Positions 27,005 through 36,343 of a DNA stretch of 64,000 nt are shown here, one piece after another. The stretch is from assembly GCA_051531915.1 (NCBI GenBank), contig JAOPTQ010000046.1:81923-145922 (forward strand). Reading direction: 5' to 3'. The number at the start of each line of letters is the position of its first letter. Positions within the stretch are counted from its first letter, which is position 1. The stretch comes from Colwellia sp. (GTDB taxonomy: Bacteria; Pseudomonadota; Gammaproteobacteria; Enterobacterales; Alteromonadaceae). The notes under the pieces were generated by a model. The model was not told the origin of the DNA. It did no database searches and saw only the letters and a program-made list of their open reading frames with translations. A program made the translations under genes and the position numbers.

Positions 27005-28018
27005 TTGAAGATAGGCCCATACCAATTAACTAGTAATGTTCTTCTTGCTCCAATGGCGGGAATAACCGATCAGCCTTTTCGAGAGGTCTGTTGTCGATTA
27101 GGTGCAGGATTAGCGGTATCTGAAATGCTTTCGTCAAATCCGAAAGTGTGGCATACCCAAAAATCTAAGCTAAGAATGCTGCATAGTGAAAATGCGGGTA
27201 TTCGCAGCGTACAAATTGCGGGTAGTTGTCCAGATGAACTTGCTTTTGCAGCGAGGGTTAATGCTGAAAATGGTGCTCAAATTATTGATATCAATATGGG
27301 CTGCCCAGCAAAAAAGGTAAATAAAAAATTAGCGGGTTCTGCTTTATTAAGAGAACCAACACAGGTTGAACGTATTGTTCGATCGGTGGTTGAGTCGGTA
27401 AATATTCCGGTAACGTTAAAAATTCGCACTGGTTGGTGTGAAAATACCCGTAACGGTATTGAAATAGCAAAAATTGCTCAAGAAAACGGTATTGCCTCAT
27501 TAGCAGTGCATGGTCGAACTCGTAATGACTTTTATAAAGGCAATGCTGAGTACGATACCATTAAAGCAATTAAAAAAGCGGTTTCAATCCCAGTGGTAGC
27601 AAATGGTGATATTACGTCGGTAGAAAAAGCTGAACAGGTTTTAAGTTATACCGGCGTTGACGCTATTATGATAGGTAGAGGCGCTCAAGGACGTCCTTGG
27701 ATTTTTCGAGAAATAAATCATTTCTTAAAAACGGGAACTCAACTACCAATTATCTCATTGGATGAGACTCGTTCAATATTAGTTGAACATATAAAGGTAT
27801 TACACCAGTTTTATGGTGATTTTATGGGTGTTCGCATCGCCCGAAAACATGTGTCTTGGTATATAAATTCACTTGTTTTAGCAGAAAAAGGTTTTAGTCA
27901 GTTTTTTACACTTGACCAAGGTAAAGCCTTTAGGGCTATTTTTAATGGTTTATCGTCAACAAGTGAACAGCTTGACGCATTAAACTTTTATTTTGATGAT
28001 TTAAACTCAGTGAATTAA
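27005..28018 (+). CDS. dusB: tRNA-dihydrouridine synthase B
   Basis: A TTG start gives MKIGPYQL...APMAGITDQPFR, DINMGCPAKKV, HGRTR. Collinear with E. coli DusB. Confidence 0.95.
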   Translation: MKIGPYQLTSNVLLAPMAGITDQPFREVCCRLGAGLAVSEMLSSNPKVWHTQKSKLRMLHSENAGIRSVQIAGSCPDELAFAARVNAENGAQIIDINMGCPAKKVNKKLAGSALLREPTQVERIVRSVVESVNIPVTLKIRTGWCENTRNGIEIAKIAQENGIASLAVHGRTRNDFYKGNAEYDTIKAIKKAVSIPVVANGDITSVEKAEQVLSYTGVDAIMIGRGAQGRPWIFREINHFLKTGTQLPIISLDETRSILVEHIKVLHQFYGDFMGVRIARKHVSWYINSLVLAEKGFSQFFTLDQGKAFRAIFNGLSSTSEQLDALNFYFDDLNSVN

Positions 28019-28088
28019 ATAATTATTTCATTCGGTATCATTATAATCATTTTATTTTTTACTTAAATTTATAAAGAGTTGTACACTT

Positions 28089-28376
28089 ATGTTCGAACAA
28101 AATATTTCTTCTCCATTTATCACTGGCGATATTCAAACTCAAACAAAAACTTCACCGTTGCGTAGCCAAGCTAAAATAGCTATCAGTAACTATTTATCTC
28201 AACTTAATGGTAATGATGTTGATGATATGTATGACCTTGTACTGAGTGAAATTGAAGCGCCAATGTTAGAAGAGGTAATGATGTATACTCGCGGTAATCA
28301 AACCCGAGCAGCTAATTTACTAGGTATTAATCGTGGTACTTTACGTAAAAAATTAAAAAAATATGGTATGAACTAA
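28089..28376 (+). CDS. fis: DNA-binding protein Fis
   Basis: C-terminal [27 protein letters not shown]. Confidence 0.95.
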   Translation: MFEQNISSPFITGDIQTQTKTSPLRSQAKIAISNYLSQLNGNDVDDMYDLVLSEIEAPMLEEVMMYTRGNQTRAANLLGINRGTLRKKLKKYGMN

Positions 28377-28392
28377 GCCAATATTTTTATAA

Positions 28393-28421
28393 AAAGCACC
28401 TTCGGGTGCTTTTATGTTTTT
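28393..28421 (+). terminator. Rho-independent terminator after fis
   Basis: AGCACC-ttcg-GGTGCT followed by TTTATGTTTTT. Confidence 0.75.
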
Positions 28422-28516
28422 AATCACTCTAATTTTTCAGGTAACGTTGCAAGTTAGTGCTACCCGTTACTGGTAATAGTCTAGCCGTAGGTTACAACTA
28501 AAAAGGTAAATAATTG

Positions 28517-30118
28517 ATGGATAACCCTCGTCCAATTAAACGCGCACTATTAAGTGTTTCTGATAAAAATGGCATTGTTGAATTTGCTCAACGCTTAAGT
28601 GAGAAAGGTGTTGCACTTCTTTCTACCGGCGGTACTGCAAAATTGTTAGCAGACAATGGTATTAAAGTTACCGAAGTTTCTGACTATACTGGGCACCCTG
28701 AAATTATGGATGGTCGAGTTAAAACATTGCACCCTAAAGTACATGGCGGTATTTTAGCGCGTCGTGGTACAGATGAAGCGGTAATGACAGAAAACGATAT
28801 TAGTGCAATTGATATGGTAGTGGTTAATCTATATCCTTTTGCAAATGCGGTAAGTGATGAAAATTGTACGCTAGAAAATGCCATTGAAAATATTGATATT
28901 GGCGGGCCTGCCATGGTACGTGCTGCAGCAAAAAATCATAAAGATGTCACCATTGTTGTTAATGCAAGTGATTATTCGCGTGTTATTGCTGAAATGGATA
29001 ACAACAATGATTCATTGACCTATCAAACACGCTTTGATTTAGCCATTGCGGCTTACGAGCACACAGCAAGCTATGACGGTATGATTGCTAATTACTTTGG
29101 TCAAATGTTGCCGGCTTACGGTGACAAAGATTCAGAGGCAAGTTTGACCAACAAGCAAAAATTCCCACGTACTTTTAATAATCAATTTATTAAAACTCAA
29201 GATTTACGTTACGGTGAAAATTCTCATCAAGATGCGGCTTTTTATGTGGAAGCAAGCCCTGAAGAAGCGTCAATTGCAACATCTAAGCAATTACAAGGTA
29301 AAGCACTATCTTATAATAATATTGCTGATACCGACGCTGCTTTAGAATGTGTGAAAGAATTTGATGAACCTGCTTGTGTTATTGTCAAGCATGCTAATCC
29401 ATGTGGTGTTTCTATTGGTGATAATATTTTAGCTGCTTATGAAGGTGCTTATAAAACGGATCCAACATCAGCATTTGGCGGCATTATTGCCTTTAACCGA
29501 GAGTTAGATGCCGATACGGCTGAAGCAATAGTTTCTCGTCAATTTGTCGAAGTGATCATCGCGCCAAGTATTTCTGATGCCGCAGCACAAATTGTTGCCG
29601 CTAAGCCAAACCTTCGTTTATTAGAATGTGGTCAATGGTCAACCCAAACAACAGGTTTTGATTACAAACGTGTTAATGGTGGCTTGTTAGTGCAAGACAG
29701 AGACCAAGGGAAAGTAGCGAGTAATGAATTAAAAGTAGTTACTAAGCGCCAACCAACGACAGATGAAATGCGAGATTTACAATTTTGTTGGAAAGTTGCT
29801 AAATATGTAAAATCTAATGCCATTGTTTATGTTAAAAACAGCATGACTATTGGTGTTGGTGCCGGTCAAATGAGTCGCGTATATTCTGCTAAAGTTGCCG
29901 GTATTAAAGCCGCTGATGAAAATTTAGAAGTACAAGGCTCTGTTATGGCGTCAGATGCATTCTTTCCATTTCGTGATGGTTTAGATGCCGCCGCAGCAGC
30001 AGGAATAACAGCGGTAATACAACCGGGCGGTTCCATGCGTGACAATGAAGTTATTGCCGCTGCAGATGAACATAATATTGCGATGGTATTCACCTCTATG
30101 CGTCACTTCCGCCATTAA
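28517..30118 (+). CDS. purH: Bifunctional AICAR transformylase / IMP cyclohydrolase
   Basis: [31 protein letters not shown], and C-terminal MRHFRH. Confidence 0.95.
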   Translation: MDNPRPIKRALLSVSDKNGIVEFAQRLSEKGVALLSTGGTAKLLADNGIKVTEVSDYTGHPEIMDGRVKTLHPKVHGGILARRGTDEAVMTENDISAIDMVVVNLYPFANAVSDENCTLENAIENIDIGGPAMVRAAAKNHKDVTIVVNASDYSRVIAEMDNNNDSLTYQTRFDLAIAAYEHTASYDGMIANYFGQMLPAYGDKDSEASLTNKQKFPRTFNNQFIKTQDLRYGENSHQDAAFYVEASPEEASIATSKQLQGKALSYNNIADTDAALECVKEFDEPACVIVKHANPCGVSIGDNILAAYEGAYKTDPTSAFGGIIAFNRELDADTAEAIVSRQFVEVIIAPSISDAAAQIVAAKPNLRLLECGQWSTQTTGFDYKRVNGGLLVQDRDQGKVASNELKVVTKRQPTTDEMRDLQFCWKVAKYVKSNAIVYVKNSMTIGVGAGQMSRVYSAKVAGIKAADENLEVQGSVMASDAFFPFRDGLDAAAAAGITAVIQPGGSMRDNEVIAAADEHNIAMVFTSMRHFRH

Positions 30119-30144
30119 TCTTGTTTCTTGTCGCTGTTAAACTT

Positions 30145-30550
30145 AATTTCTGCGTCAAAAGTACTCACTGACTAGCGTCAGCTCCGTGCTTTTTTCTTGA
30201 ACTTAAGTCGAACAGCTTAAAGAAAGGTAATTATAAGTTGTTATAATTAATTTCTGCGTCAAAAGTACTCACTGACTAGCGTCAGCTCTGTGCTTTTTTC
30301 TTGAACTTAAGTCGAACAGCTTAAAGAAAGGTTATTATAAGTTGTTATAATTAATTTCTGCGTCAAAAGTACTCACTGACTAGCGTCAGCTCCGTGCTTT
30401 TTTCTTGAACTTAAGTCGAACAGCTTAAAGAAAGGTTATTATAAGTTGTTATAATTAATTTCTGCGTCAAAAGTACTCACTGACTAGCGTCAGCTCCGTG
30501 TTTTTTTCTCGAACTTAAGTCGAACAGCTTAAAGAAAGGTTATTATAAGT
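30145..30550 (+). repeat. Tandem direct repeat, 104-bp unit x 3.9 copies, about 97% or higher identity
   Basis: Unit starts (AATTTCTGCGTC) are at 30145, 30249, 30353 and 30457. Each unit holds a TATAAT box, an imperfect hairpin CACTGAC-tagc-GTCAG..GTG and a T6 run. Confidence 0.95.
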
Positions 30551-30647
30551 AGTGTTGATTTATTAGATAACAAATGAATTCAGCACTGCTTGTTTATCTA
30601 AATTTTGCTATAACTAGTGGTCTACATTATTAATTAACGGAGAAATT

Positions 30648-31493
30648 ATGCTAACAACAATAAAATCCTTTTTAATGACTTCAACGCTTGCTTTAGGTGC
30701 ACTCTCAAGTTTCGCTTTATTAGCGCATGCAGAACATGAGAATAAATTGGTGAAACCGTCAGGAAAGTCGTTTATACAGGCGCTTAATGGTGATCATCGT
30801 TCAGCAAAAAATAAAGCGCGAGATCAATATAGACACCCGGTTGAAACCCTAAACTTTTTTGGTTTTAAACCAACAATGACCGTGGTTGAAATTACCCCCG
30901 GTGGTGGTTGGTACACTGAAATTTTAGCGCCCGCGTTAAAAGGCTCAGGTAAACTATATGGCGCCCACTACCCTGATACCGGCGAAGATAGTTATGCCAG
31001 TAAATCCCGTAAAAAATTAGAAAGAAAACTCGCCTCAAATGCCGTTTTTAGTGAAATGGTATTAACGGATTTTGTCCCGCGTAAACAAAGTCAGTTAGCA
31101 CCGGCAGGTAGTGCTGATTTAGTGCTTACGTTTAGAAATTTACATAATTGGCAAGATGCAGGTGTTGAGCAAGTCTTTAAAGATGCTTTTACTGCGCTTA
31201 AACCCGGCGGAATATTAGGAGTGGTTGAACACCGATTGCCAGCAGGTTTATCGCCTGAAAAAGCCGTGGGTTATGTTTCTGAAACTAAAACTATTAAACA
31301 AGCTAAAGCGGCGGGTTTTCGTTTTGTTGCGGCGAGTGAAATAAATGCTAATGCAAAAGATATGGCACAGCACCCAAAAGGGGTTTGGACTTTACCGCCA
31401 GTGTTAAAATTAGGTGAAAAAGATAAAGCAAAATATTTAGCGATTGGTGAAAGTGATCGCATGACCTTAAAATTTGCTAAACCAGAAAAATAA
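30648..31493 (+). CDS. Class I SAM-dependent methyltransferase-like protein with an N-terminal signal peptide
   Basis: Signal-like MLTTIKSFLMTSTLALGALSSFALLAHA. VVEITPGGGWYTEILAP (SAM motif I-like) and LKPGGILGVVEH (post-I/II). Confidence 0.65.
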   Translation: MLTTIKSFLMTSTLALGALSSFALLAHAEHENKLVKPSGKSFIQALNGDHRSAKNKARDQYRHPVETLNFFGFKPTMTVVEITPGGGWYTEILAPALKGSGKLYGAHYPDTGEDSYASKSRKKLERKLASNAVFSEMVLTDFVPRKQSQLAPAGSADLVLTFRNLHNWQDAGVEQVFKDAFTALKPGGILGVVEHRLPAGLSPEKAVGYVSETKTIKQAKAAGFRFVAASEINANAKDMAQHPKGVWTLPPVLKLGEKDKAKYLAIGESDRMTLKFAKPEK

Positions 31494-31590
31494 ATAACTA
31501 TTTAGTAGTGAGTGAGCATATTCCCTTGAGAATAATGACCTAAAATCTCACCGACAAAATTTGAAAAAATATTAAATTAGGAAGTCATAA

Positions 31591-32883
31591 ATGAAAATCT
31601 TAGTTATTGGTGGTGGCGGTCGTGAACACGCATTAGCGTGGAAAGCTGCACAATCAAGTCAAATTACTAAAGTCTTTGTAGCACCGGGAAATGCGGGTAC
31701 TGCAACCGAAGAAAAATTAGAAAACGTAGCGCTAGACATAAGTGATAATGACGCTTTAGTGGCTTTTGCTAAAAAAGAAAATGTTGCGCTAACGATTGTT
31801 GGCCCCGAGCAACCTTTAGTTGATGGTGTTGTTGATGCTTTTCAAGCACAAGGTTTAGTGATCTTTGGACCAAGTGCCAAAGCGGCTCAACTTGAAGGTT
31901 CAAAATCATTTACTAAAGACTTTTTAGCCCGCAATAAAATTCCAACCGGCAGTTATTCTAACTTTACCGAGGTTGATCCTGCTTTAGCGTATGTACGTGA
32001 ACAAGGCGCGCCTATTGTTGTTAAAGCTGATGGTTTGGCGGCAGGAAAGGGCGTTATTGTTGCTTTAACCTTAGTTGAAGCAGAAGATGCCATTCAAGAT
32101 ATGTTAGCAGGTAATGCTTTTGGTGATGCCGGTCATCGTGTTGTTATCGAAGAGTTTCTTGAAGGCGAAGAGGCCAGTTTTATTGTTATGGTTGACGGTA
32201 AAAATGTATTGCCTATGGCAACTAGTCAAGATCATAAACGCGCACTTAATGGTGATTTAGGCCCTAATACCGGCGGCATGGGTGCTTATTCTCCTGCGCC
32301 AGTAGTAACACCGCAAATTCATGATCGCATTATGTCAGAAGTTATTATGCCTACGGTTGAAGGTATGGCGGCTGAAGGAGCACCTTATAGTGGCTTCTTA
32401 TATGCCGGTTTAATGATTGCCGAAGATGGTACGCCTAATGTGATTGAATATAACTGTCGTTTTGGTGATCCTGAAACTCAACCTATTATGATGCGTTTGC
32501 AATCTGACTTAGTTGAACTCTGTTTAAGCGCTTGTCGTGGTGAGCTTGATAAAACCACCATTGAATTTGATAGCCGAGCCGCAGTAGGTGTTGTTTTAGC
32601 CGCTAATGGTTATCCCGCTGACTATCCTAAAGGTGATGTGATTTCTGGGCTTGATACTAATACCAATGTATTAGCGAAAACATTTCATGCCGGCACTAAG
32701 CTTAATGAGCAAGGAGAGGTTATTACTAATGGTGGTCGGGTTTTATGTGCTACGGCGTTAGGTGACAATGTCACGCAAGCACAGAAGTTAGCTTATGAAC
32801 TATTACATCAAATTTCTTGGCAAGGCGTTGGCTACCGTACAGATATCGCTTACCGCGCTATTGCTAGAGAAACATGTAATTGA
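31591..32883 (+). CDS. purD: Phosphoribosylamine-glycine ligase
   Basis: MKILVIGGGGREHALAWK, VVKADGLAAGKGV, EYNCRFGDPETQ. Confidence 0.95.
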   Translation: MKILVIGGGGREHALAWKAAQSSQITKVFVAPGNAGTATEEKLENVALDISDNDALVAFAKKENVALTIVGPEQPLVDGVVDAFQAQGLVIFGPSAKAAQLEGSKSFTKDFLARNKIPTGSYSNFTEVDPALAYVREQGAPIVVKADGLAAGKGVIVALTLVEAEDAIQDMLAGNAFGDAGHRVVIEEFLEGEEASFIVMVDGKNVLPMATSQDHKRALNGDLGPNTGGMGAYSPAPVVTPQIHDRIMSEVIMPTVEGMAAEGAPYSGFLYAGLMIAEDGTPNVIEYNCRFGDPETQPIMMRLQSDLVELCLSACRGELDKTTIEFDSRAAVGVVLAANGYPADYPKGDVISGLDTNTNVLAKTFHAGTKLNEQGEVITNGGRVLCATALGDNVTQAQKLAYELLHQISWQGVGYRTDIAYRAIARETCN

Positions 32884-32998
32884 ATCACAAAAAGTAAAGC
32901 ATAAATGTCTTTAAAGTTAACGTGAAAACGACTAAAATAAGGCAATAAGTAATTTTATACCAAATTTGTTAAAATTTTATTATTAGGAAGAAAGATCT

Positions 32999-34075
32999 AT
33001 GACTAAAATCTCTGAAGTTGTAAAACCTGGTGTTATCACTGGTGATGATGTTCAAAAAGTATTTGCAGTTGCAAAAGAAAATAAATTTGCACTTCCCGCG
33101 GTAAACGTTGTTGGTTCTGATTCAATCAATGCAGTACTAGAAGCAGCTGCTAAGGCTAAAGCGCCAGTTGTAGTTCAGTTCTCTAACGGCGGTGCAGCAT
33201 TTAACGCAGGTAAGGGCCTTAAACTTGAAGGTCAAGAAGCCGCTATTCTTGGTGCAGTTTCAGGTGCAAAACACGTTCACGCAATGGCAGCTGCTTACGG
33301 TGTTCCAGTTATTCTTCATACTGACCATGCAGCTAAAAAATTGCTTCCTTGGATTGACGGACTATTAGATGCATCTGAAGCACACTTCAAAGAGACGGGT
33401 GCACCACTATTCTCTTCTCACATGATCGATCTTTCAGAAGAGCCACTTGAAGAAAATATCGCAACTTGTGCTAAATACCTAGAGCGTATGTCTAAAATGG
33501 GCATGACACTAGAAATCGAACTAGGTTGTACTGGTGGTGAAGAAGATGGCGTAGATAACTCTGATATGGATGAGTCTTTACTTTACACTCAACCTTCAGA
33601 AGTTGATTACGCATACGTTGAATTATCAAAAATCAGTCCTCGTTTCACTATCGCTGCTTCTTTTGGTAACGTACACGGTGTGTACAAACCAGGTAACGTT
33701 AAATTAACTCCAACTATCTTACGTGATTCTCAAGCATACGTTTCAGAAAAGCACGGTATTGCTTCTGACGCATTAAACTTCGTATTCCACGGTGGTTCTG
33801 GTTCTTCTGAAGCAGAAATCCAAGAGTCTATCGGTTACGGCGTTATCAAAATGAACATTGATACTGATACACAGTGGGCTTGTTGGGACGGTATCCGTAC
33901 TTATGAAGCTGCTAACCGTGATTTCTTACAAGGTCAAATCGGTAACCCAACGGGTGATGATGCTCCTAACAAGAAATACTACGATCCACGTGTTTGGTTA
34001 CGTTCTGGTCAAGCATCAATGGTTGCACGTTTAGAGAAAGCTTTCGCTGACTTAAACGCTGTAGACGTACTATAA
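32999..34075 (+). CDS. fbaA: Class II fructose-1,6-bisphosphate aldolase
   Basis: 358 aa. FALPAVNVVGSDS, ILHTDHA, LEIELGCTGGEEDGVDN, FGNVHGVYKPGNV, FVFHGGSGS. Confidence 0.95.
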   Translation: MTKISEVVKPGVITGDDVQKVFAVAKENKFALPAVNVVGSDSINAVLEAAAKAKAPVVVQFSNGGAAFNAGKGLKLEGQEAAILGAVSGAKHVHAMAAAYGVPVILHTDHAAKKLLPWIDGLLDASEAHFKETGAPLFSSHMIDLSEEPLEENIATCAKYLERMSKMGMTLEIELGCTGGEEDGVDNSDMDESLLYTQPSEVDYAYVELSKISPRFTIAASFGNVHGVYKPGNVKLTPTILRDSQAYVSEKHGIASDALNFVFHGGSGSSEAEIQESIGYGVIKMNIDTDTQWACWDGIRTYEAANRDFLQGQIGNPTGDDAPNKKYYDPRVWLRSGQASMVARLEKAFADLNAVDVL

Positions 34076-34102
34076 TTTAGCCTAGTTAAATTAAGTATTG
34101 TA

Positions 34103-34128
34103 AGCCTGCTTTAAGCAGGCTTTTTTTT
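34103..34128 (+). terminator. Rho-independent terminator after fbaA
   Basis: AGCCTGCTT/AAGCAGGCT perfect palindrome followed by T8. Confidence 0.85.
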
Positions 34129-34129
34129 G

Positions 34130-34417
34130 CCCTGCGAAGCTAGAAACCCGATAGGCGGAAAGAAGCCTTATCACCTCGACTTAGGGGTAGGTGTTTCTCC
34201 TGAAATATCTGTATTTCCGCCACCCATGGCGGTCAAGCCATATGGGGCTTACCTAATAAAAAGCTAATAGGGAGCTAGTGCAGTAATAACTGAGGAAGCC
34301 TGGCATCTAAACTTACTTGTAGGTAAGTGGCTTAAATTCAAGAATAAACTCAAAGTTTAATGTTGGTGTGAGGTGGCAGGTGCACCTGTAATAGGGGAGC
34401 CAGTGTCTAAAAAGCAA
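34130..34417. other. ORF-free, GC-richer, hairpin-dense segment (candidate structured RNA/leader or unclassified repeat); strand unknown
   Basis: GGCGGAAA (34154-61) can pair with TTTCCGCC (34214-21), which overlaps the hairpin CCGCCA-ccca-TGGCGG (34217-32). Nested AAGCC..CTTAC-ttgtag-GTAAG.GGCTT (~34297-34332). Direct repeat TAATAGGGAGCTAGTG / TAATAGGGGAGCCAGTG (34266, 34390). Confidence 0.35.
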
Positions 34418-34488
34418 TAGATCTTCGAATAGAAACATCGAAGATGAAGTTTACAACAAAAACCTGATTTATCGACATAGGCATGTCA
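34418..34488 (-). repeat. Partial MITE-like element (one half only)
   Basis: TAGATCTTCGAATAGAAACATCGAAGATGAAGTTTACAAC...CTGATTTATCGACATAGGCATG aligns with the right half of the copy at 59729..59868. Confidence 0.7.
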
Positions 34489-34564
34489 AATTAATTATTT
34501 GCCATTACCTAATTAGTAGGTTAACTTGACCACTTACTTAGCACGAAAATAGAAGGATAAATTG

Positions 34565-34879
34565 ATGTTAATAAGCAACTTAGAAATAATTCCAGGTAAA
34601 AATATTGTTGAACACTTCGGCTTAGTACAAGGTAGTACTGTGCGAAGTAAGCATGTTGGTAGGGATATCATGGCGGGTTTAAAAAATATCTTTGGTGGCG
34701 AACTCATTGGTTATACCGAGTTATTACAGGAAGCTCGTGAAGAAGCCGTTAATCGTATGAAGCAGCAAGCACAAGCTATTGGTGCCAATGCGGTGGTCAA
34801 TGTGCGTTTTTCAACCTCGTCAGTAACTCAAGGTGCTGCGGAGTTATTTGCTTATGGCAGTGCAGTAACCGTGGAGTAG
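34565..34879 (+). CDS. YbjQ/UPF0145-family (heavy-metal-binding-like) protein
   Basis: FGLVQGSTVRSKHVGRDIMAGLKNIFGGELIGYTELLQEAREEA...ANAVVNVRF...AELFAYGSAV is the classic YbjQ pattern. Confidence 0.85.
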   Translation: MLISNLEIIPGKNIVEHFGLVQGSTVRSKHVGRDIMAGLKNIFGGELIGYTELLQEAREEAVNRMKQQAQAIGANAVVNVRFSTSSVTQGAAELFAYGSAVTVE

Positions 34880-34883
34880 TATT

Positions 34884-35345
34884 ATGGAAGCGCTACAATA
34901 TCAAATTGGTACCGGTTTCGTTTTATTATTGCTTGGTTATTTTTTTGGTCGTTATTTTGAGAAAAAACACTTTGAATCAATTATAAAAAGAGAAGCCGAG
35001 TATGCTAGCGTCATAGCCATTACCACAAAAACAGTGCCGTTAATTGAGCAAACAAACTCGGCAATGTTAGTGACTGGCAGTGTGGTGATTTCTGTCGATT
35101 ATTTCAAACGATTTTTAGCGATGTTACGCTCAATTTTGGGTGGCAGAATAACGGCTTATGAAACCTTATTAGATAGAGCTAGACGTGAAGCTATTTTAAG
35201 AATGAAGCAAGAAGCACGGTCATATAATGCGACTAAAATTTTCAATATAAAACTTGAAACAGCTTCAATATCAAAAAATGCAAGCGGTAATATTGGCTCT
35301 ATAGAAGTGTTTGCTTACGGCACTGCATTAATTAACGTTAACTAA
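34884..35345 (+). CDS. Membrane-anchored YbjQ/UPF0145-like paralog
   Basis: An N-terminal TM helix (GTGFVLLLLGYFFG), then a domain paralogous to the upstream gene (GGRITAYETLLDRARREAILRMKQEA...EVFAYGTAL). Confidence 0.75.
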   Translation: MEALQYQIGTGFVLLLLGYFFGRYFEKKHFESIIKREAEYASVIAITTKTVPLIEQTNSAMLVTGSVVISVDYFKRFLAMLRSILGGRITAYETLLDRARREAILRMKQEARSYNATKIFNIKLETASISKNASGNIGSIEVFAYGTALINVN

Positions 35346-35363
35346 ACGAATGTTGAAAGCGCT

Positions 35364-36230
35364 GTGAGATATTCCAATCCTAAAATACCTGAAGGTATTA
35401 ACACCAGTGAAGAAAGTCCGTTAAAAGAATTTGCGGTGCTCATTACGGGTGTGGTTGCCTTGGTTATATTGTTGGCAGTTATGCTCAGTTTTATTTTAGA
35501 CTGGGCTACGCAATACATTCCCTTTAGTTATGAGCAAGCCTTGGCCAAGCCTTTCGTTGAAGAATTCTCGAATGAGCGAGGAGACATCGATAATTATTTG
35601 CAAGACTTAGCCAATAAAATCACACCGTTATTGTCTATGCCTGATGATATGGTAATTAACGTGCATTATGTTGATCAAAGCGTTGTTAATGGCATGGCAA
35701 CGCTTGGCGGAAATATTTTCATTTATCGAGGTTTGTTGGAAAAACTACCCAGTGAAAATGCGCTGGTTATGTTGTTAGCGCATGAAATTTCTCATGTGAA
35801 ATTTCGTCACCCATTAAAATCACTTAATAAAAGCATAATCATCAATTTGTTGATGGTACTGATTGCAGGGCAAAGTAATAGTGATATTTCAGGCTTATTA
35901 TCTGATACAAGCTTGCTAACACTGTTAAGTTTTAGTCGAAGTCAGGAGCAAGCATCTGATCGTGAAGCAATTGTTGTTACTCAAGCGTTATATCAGCACA
36001 CCCAAGGTTCAACTGAATTATTTACCGTGTTAAAAAGCAGTGAGCAATCAACGTTGCCAACGGTTTCATTATTTAATTCTCATCCTGATATTGAAGTGCG
36101 AATTAAACTTATTGAGAAAATGGTTATAGAAAATCATTGGCGCAGTAATGGTCAAATAACCCTTATCCCCAAAAACATAATTGAGCAAATAAATCGAAAA
36201 AATTTAGATGATAGTGAAGAAAATAAATAG
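35364..36230 (+). CDS. M48-family zinc metallopeptidase (membrane-anchored)
   Basis: GTG start, TM helix (FAVLITGVVALVILLAVMLSFIL), and LLAHEISHVKFRHP (HExxH). Confidence 0.8.
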   Translation: MRYSNPKIPEGINTSEESPLKEFAVLITGVVALVILLAVMLSFILDWATQYIPFSYEQALAKPFVEEFSNERGDIDNYLQDLANKITPLLSMPDDMVINVHYVDQSVVNGMATLGGNIFIYRGLLEKLPSENALVMLLAHEISHVKFRHPLKSLNKSIIINLLMVLIAGQSNSDISGLLSDTSLLTLLSFSRSQEQASDREAIVVTQALYQHTQGSTELFTVLKSSEQSTLPTVSLFNSHPDIEVRIKLIEKMVIENHWRSNGQITLIPKNIIEQINRKNLDDSEENK

Positions 36231-36343
36231 TTGAAGTTAATTGTTTATAGTTGATTTAAAACGGTTGAACTAGCTATAGTTATATTGCTTGATTAACTGT
36301 TTAGTTTTGAAATTTCATTTTGAAGTAGTTTAGGTAATTTTAT

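Noticed and set aside
28438-28453. Possible PurR operator upstream of purH (CAGGTAACGTTGCAAG).
   Set aside because: Only the central AACGTT core matches, about 7 of 16 positions of ACGCAAACGTTTGCGT. That is too weak to call.
30145-30550. Possible CRISPR array, because of regularly spaced repeats.
   Set aside because: The units are contiguous 104-bp direct repeats with no unique spacers between them. No cas genes are nearby, and the unit is far longer than a CRISPR repeat.
34130-34417. Assignment of the structured segment to a known RNA class (c-di-GMP-I riboswitch, yybP-ykoY Mn riboswitch, RNase P, tmRNA, 6S).
   Set aside because: Only short coincidental matches exist, such as GGUAGGU and GGGGAGC. 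The defining conserved cores I remember for these classes are absent.
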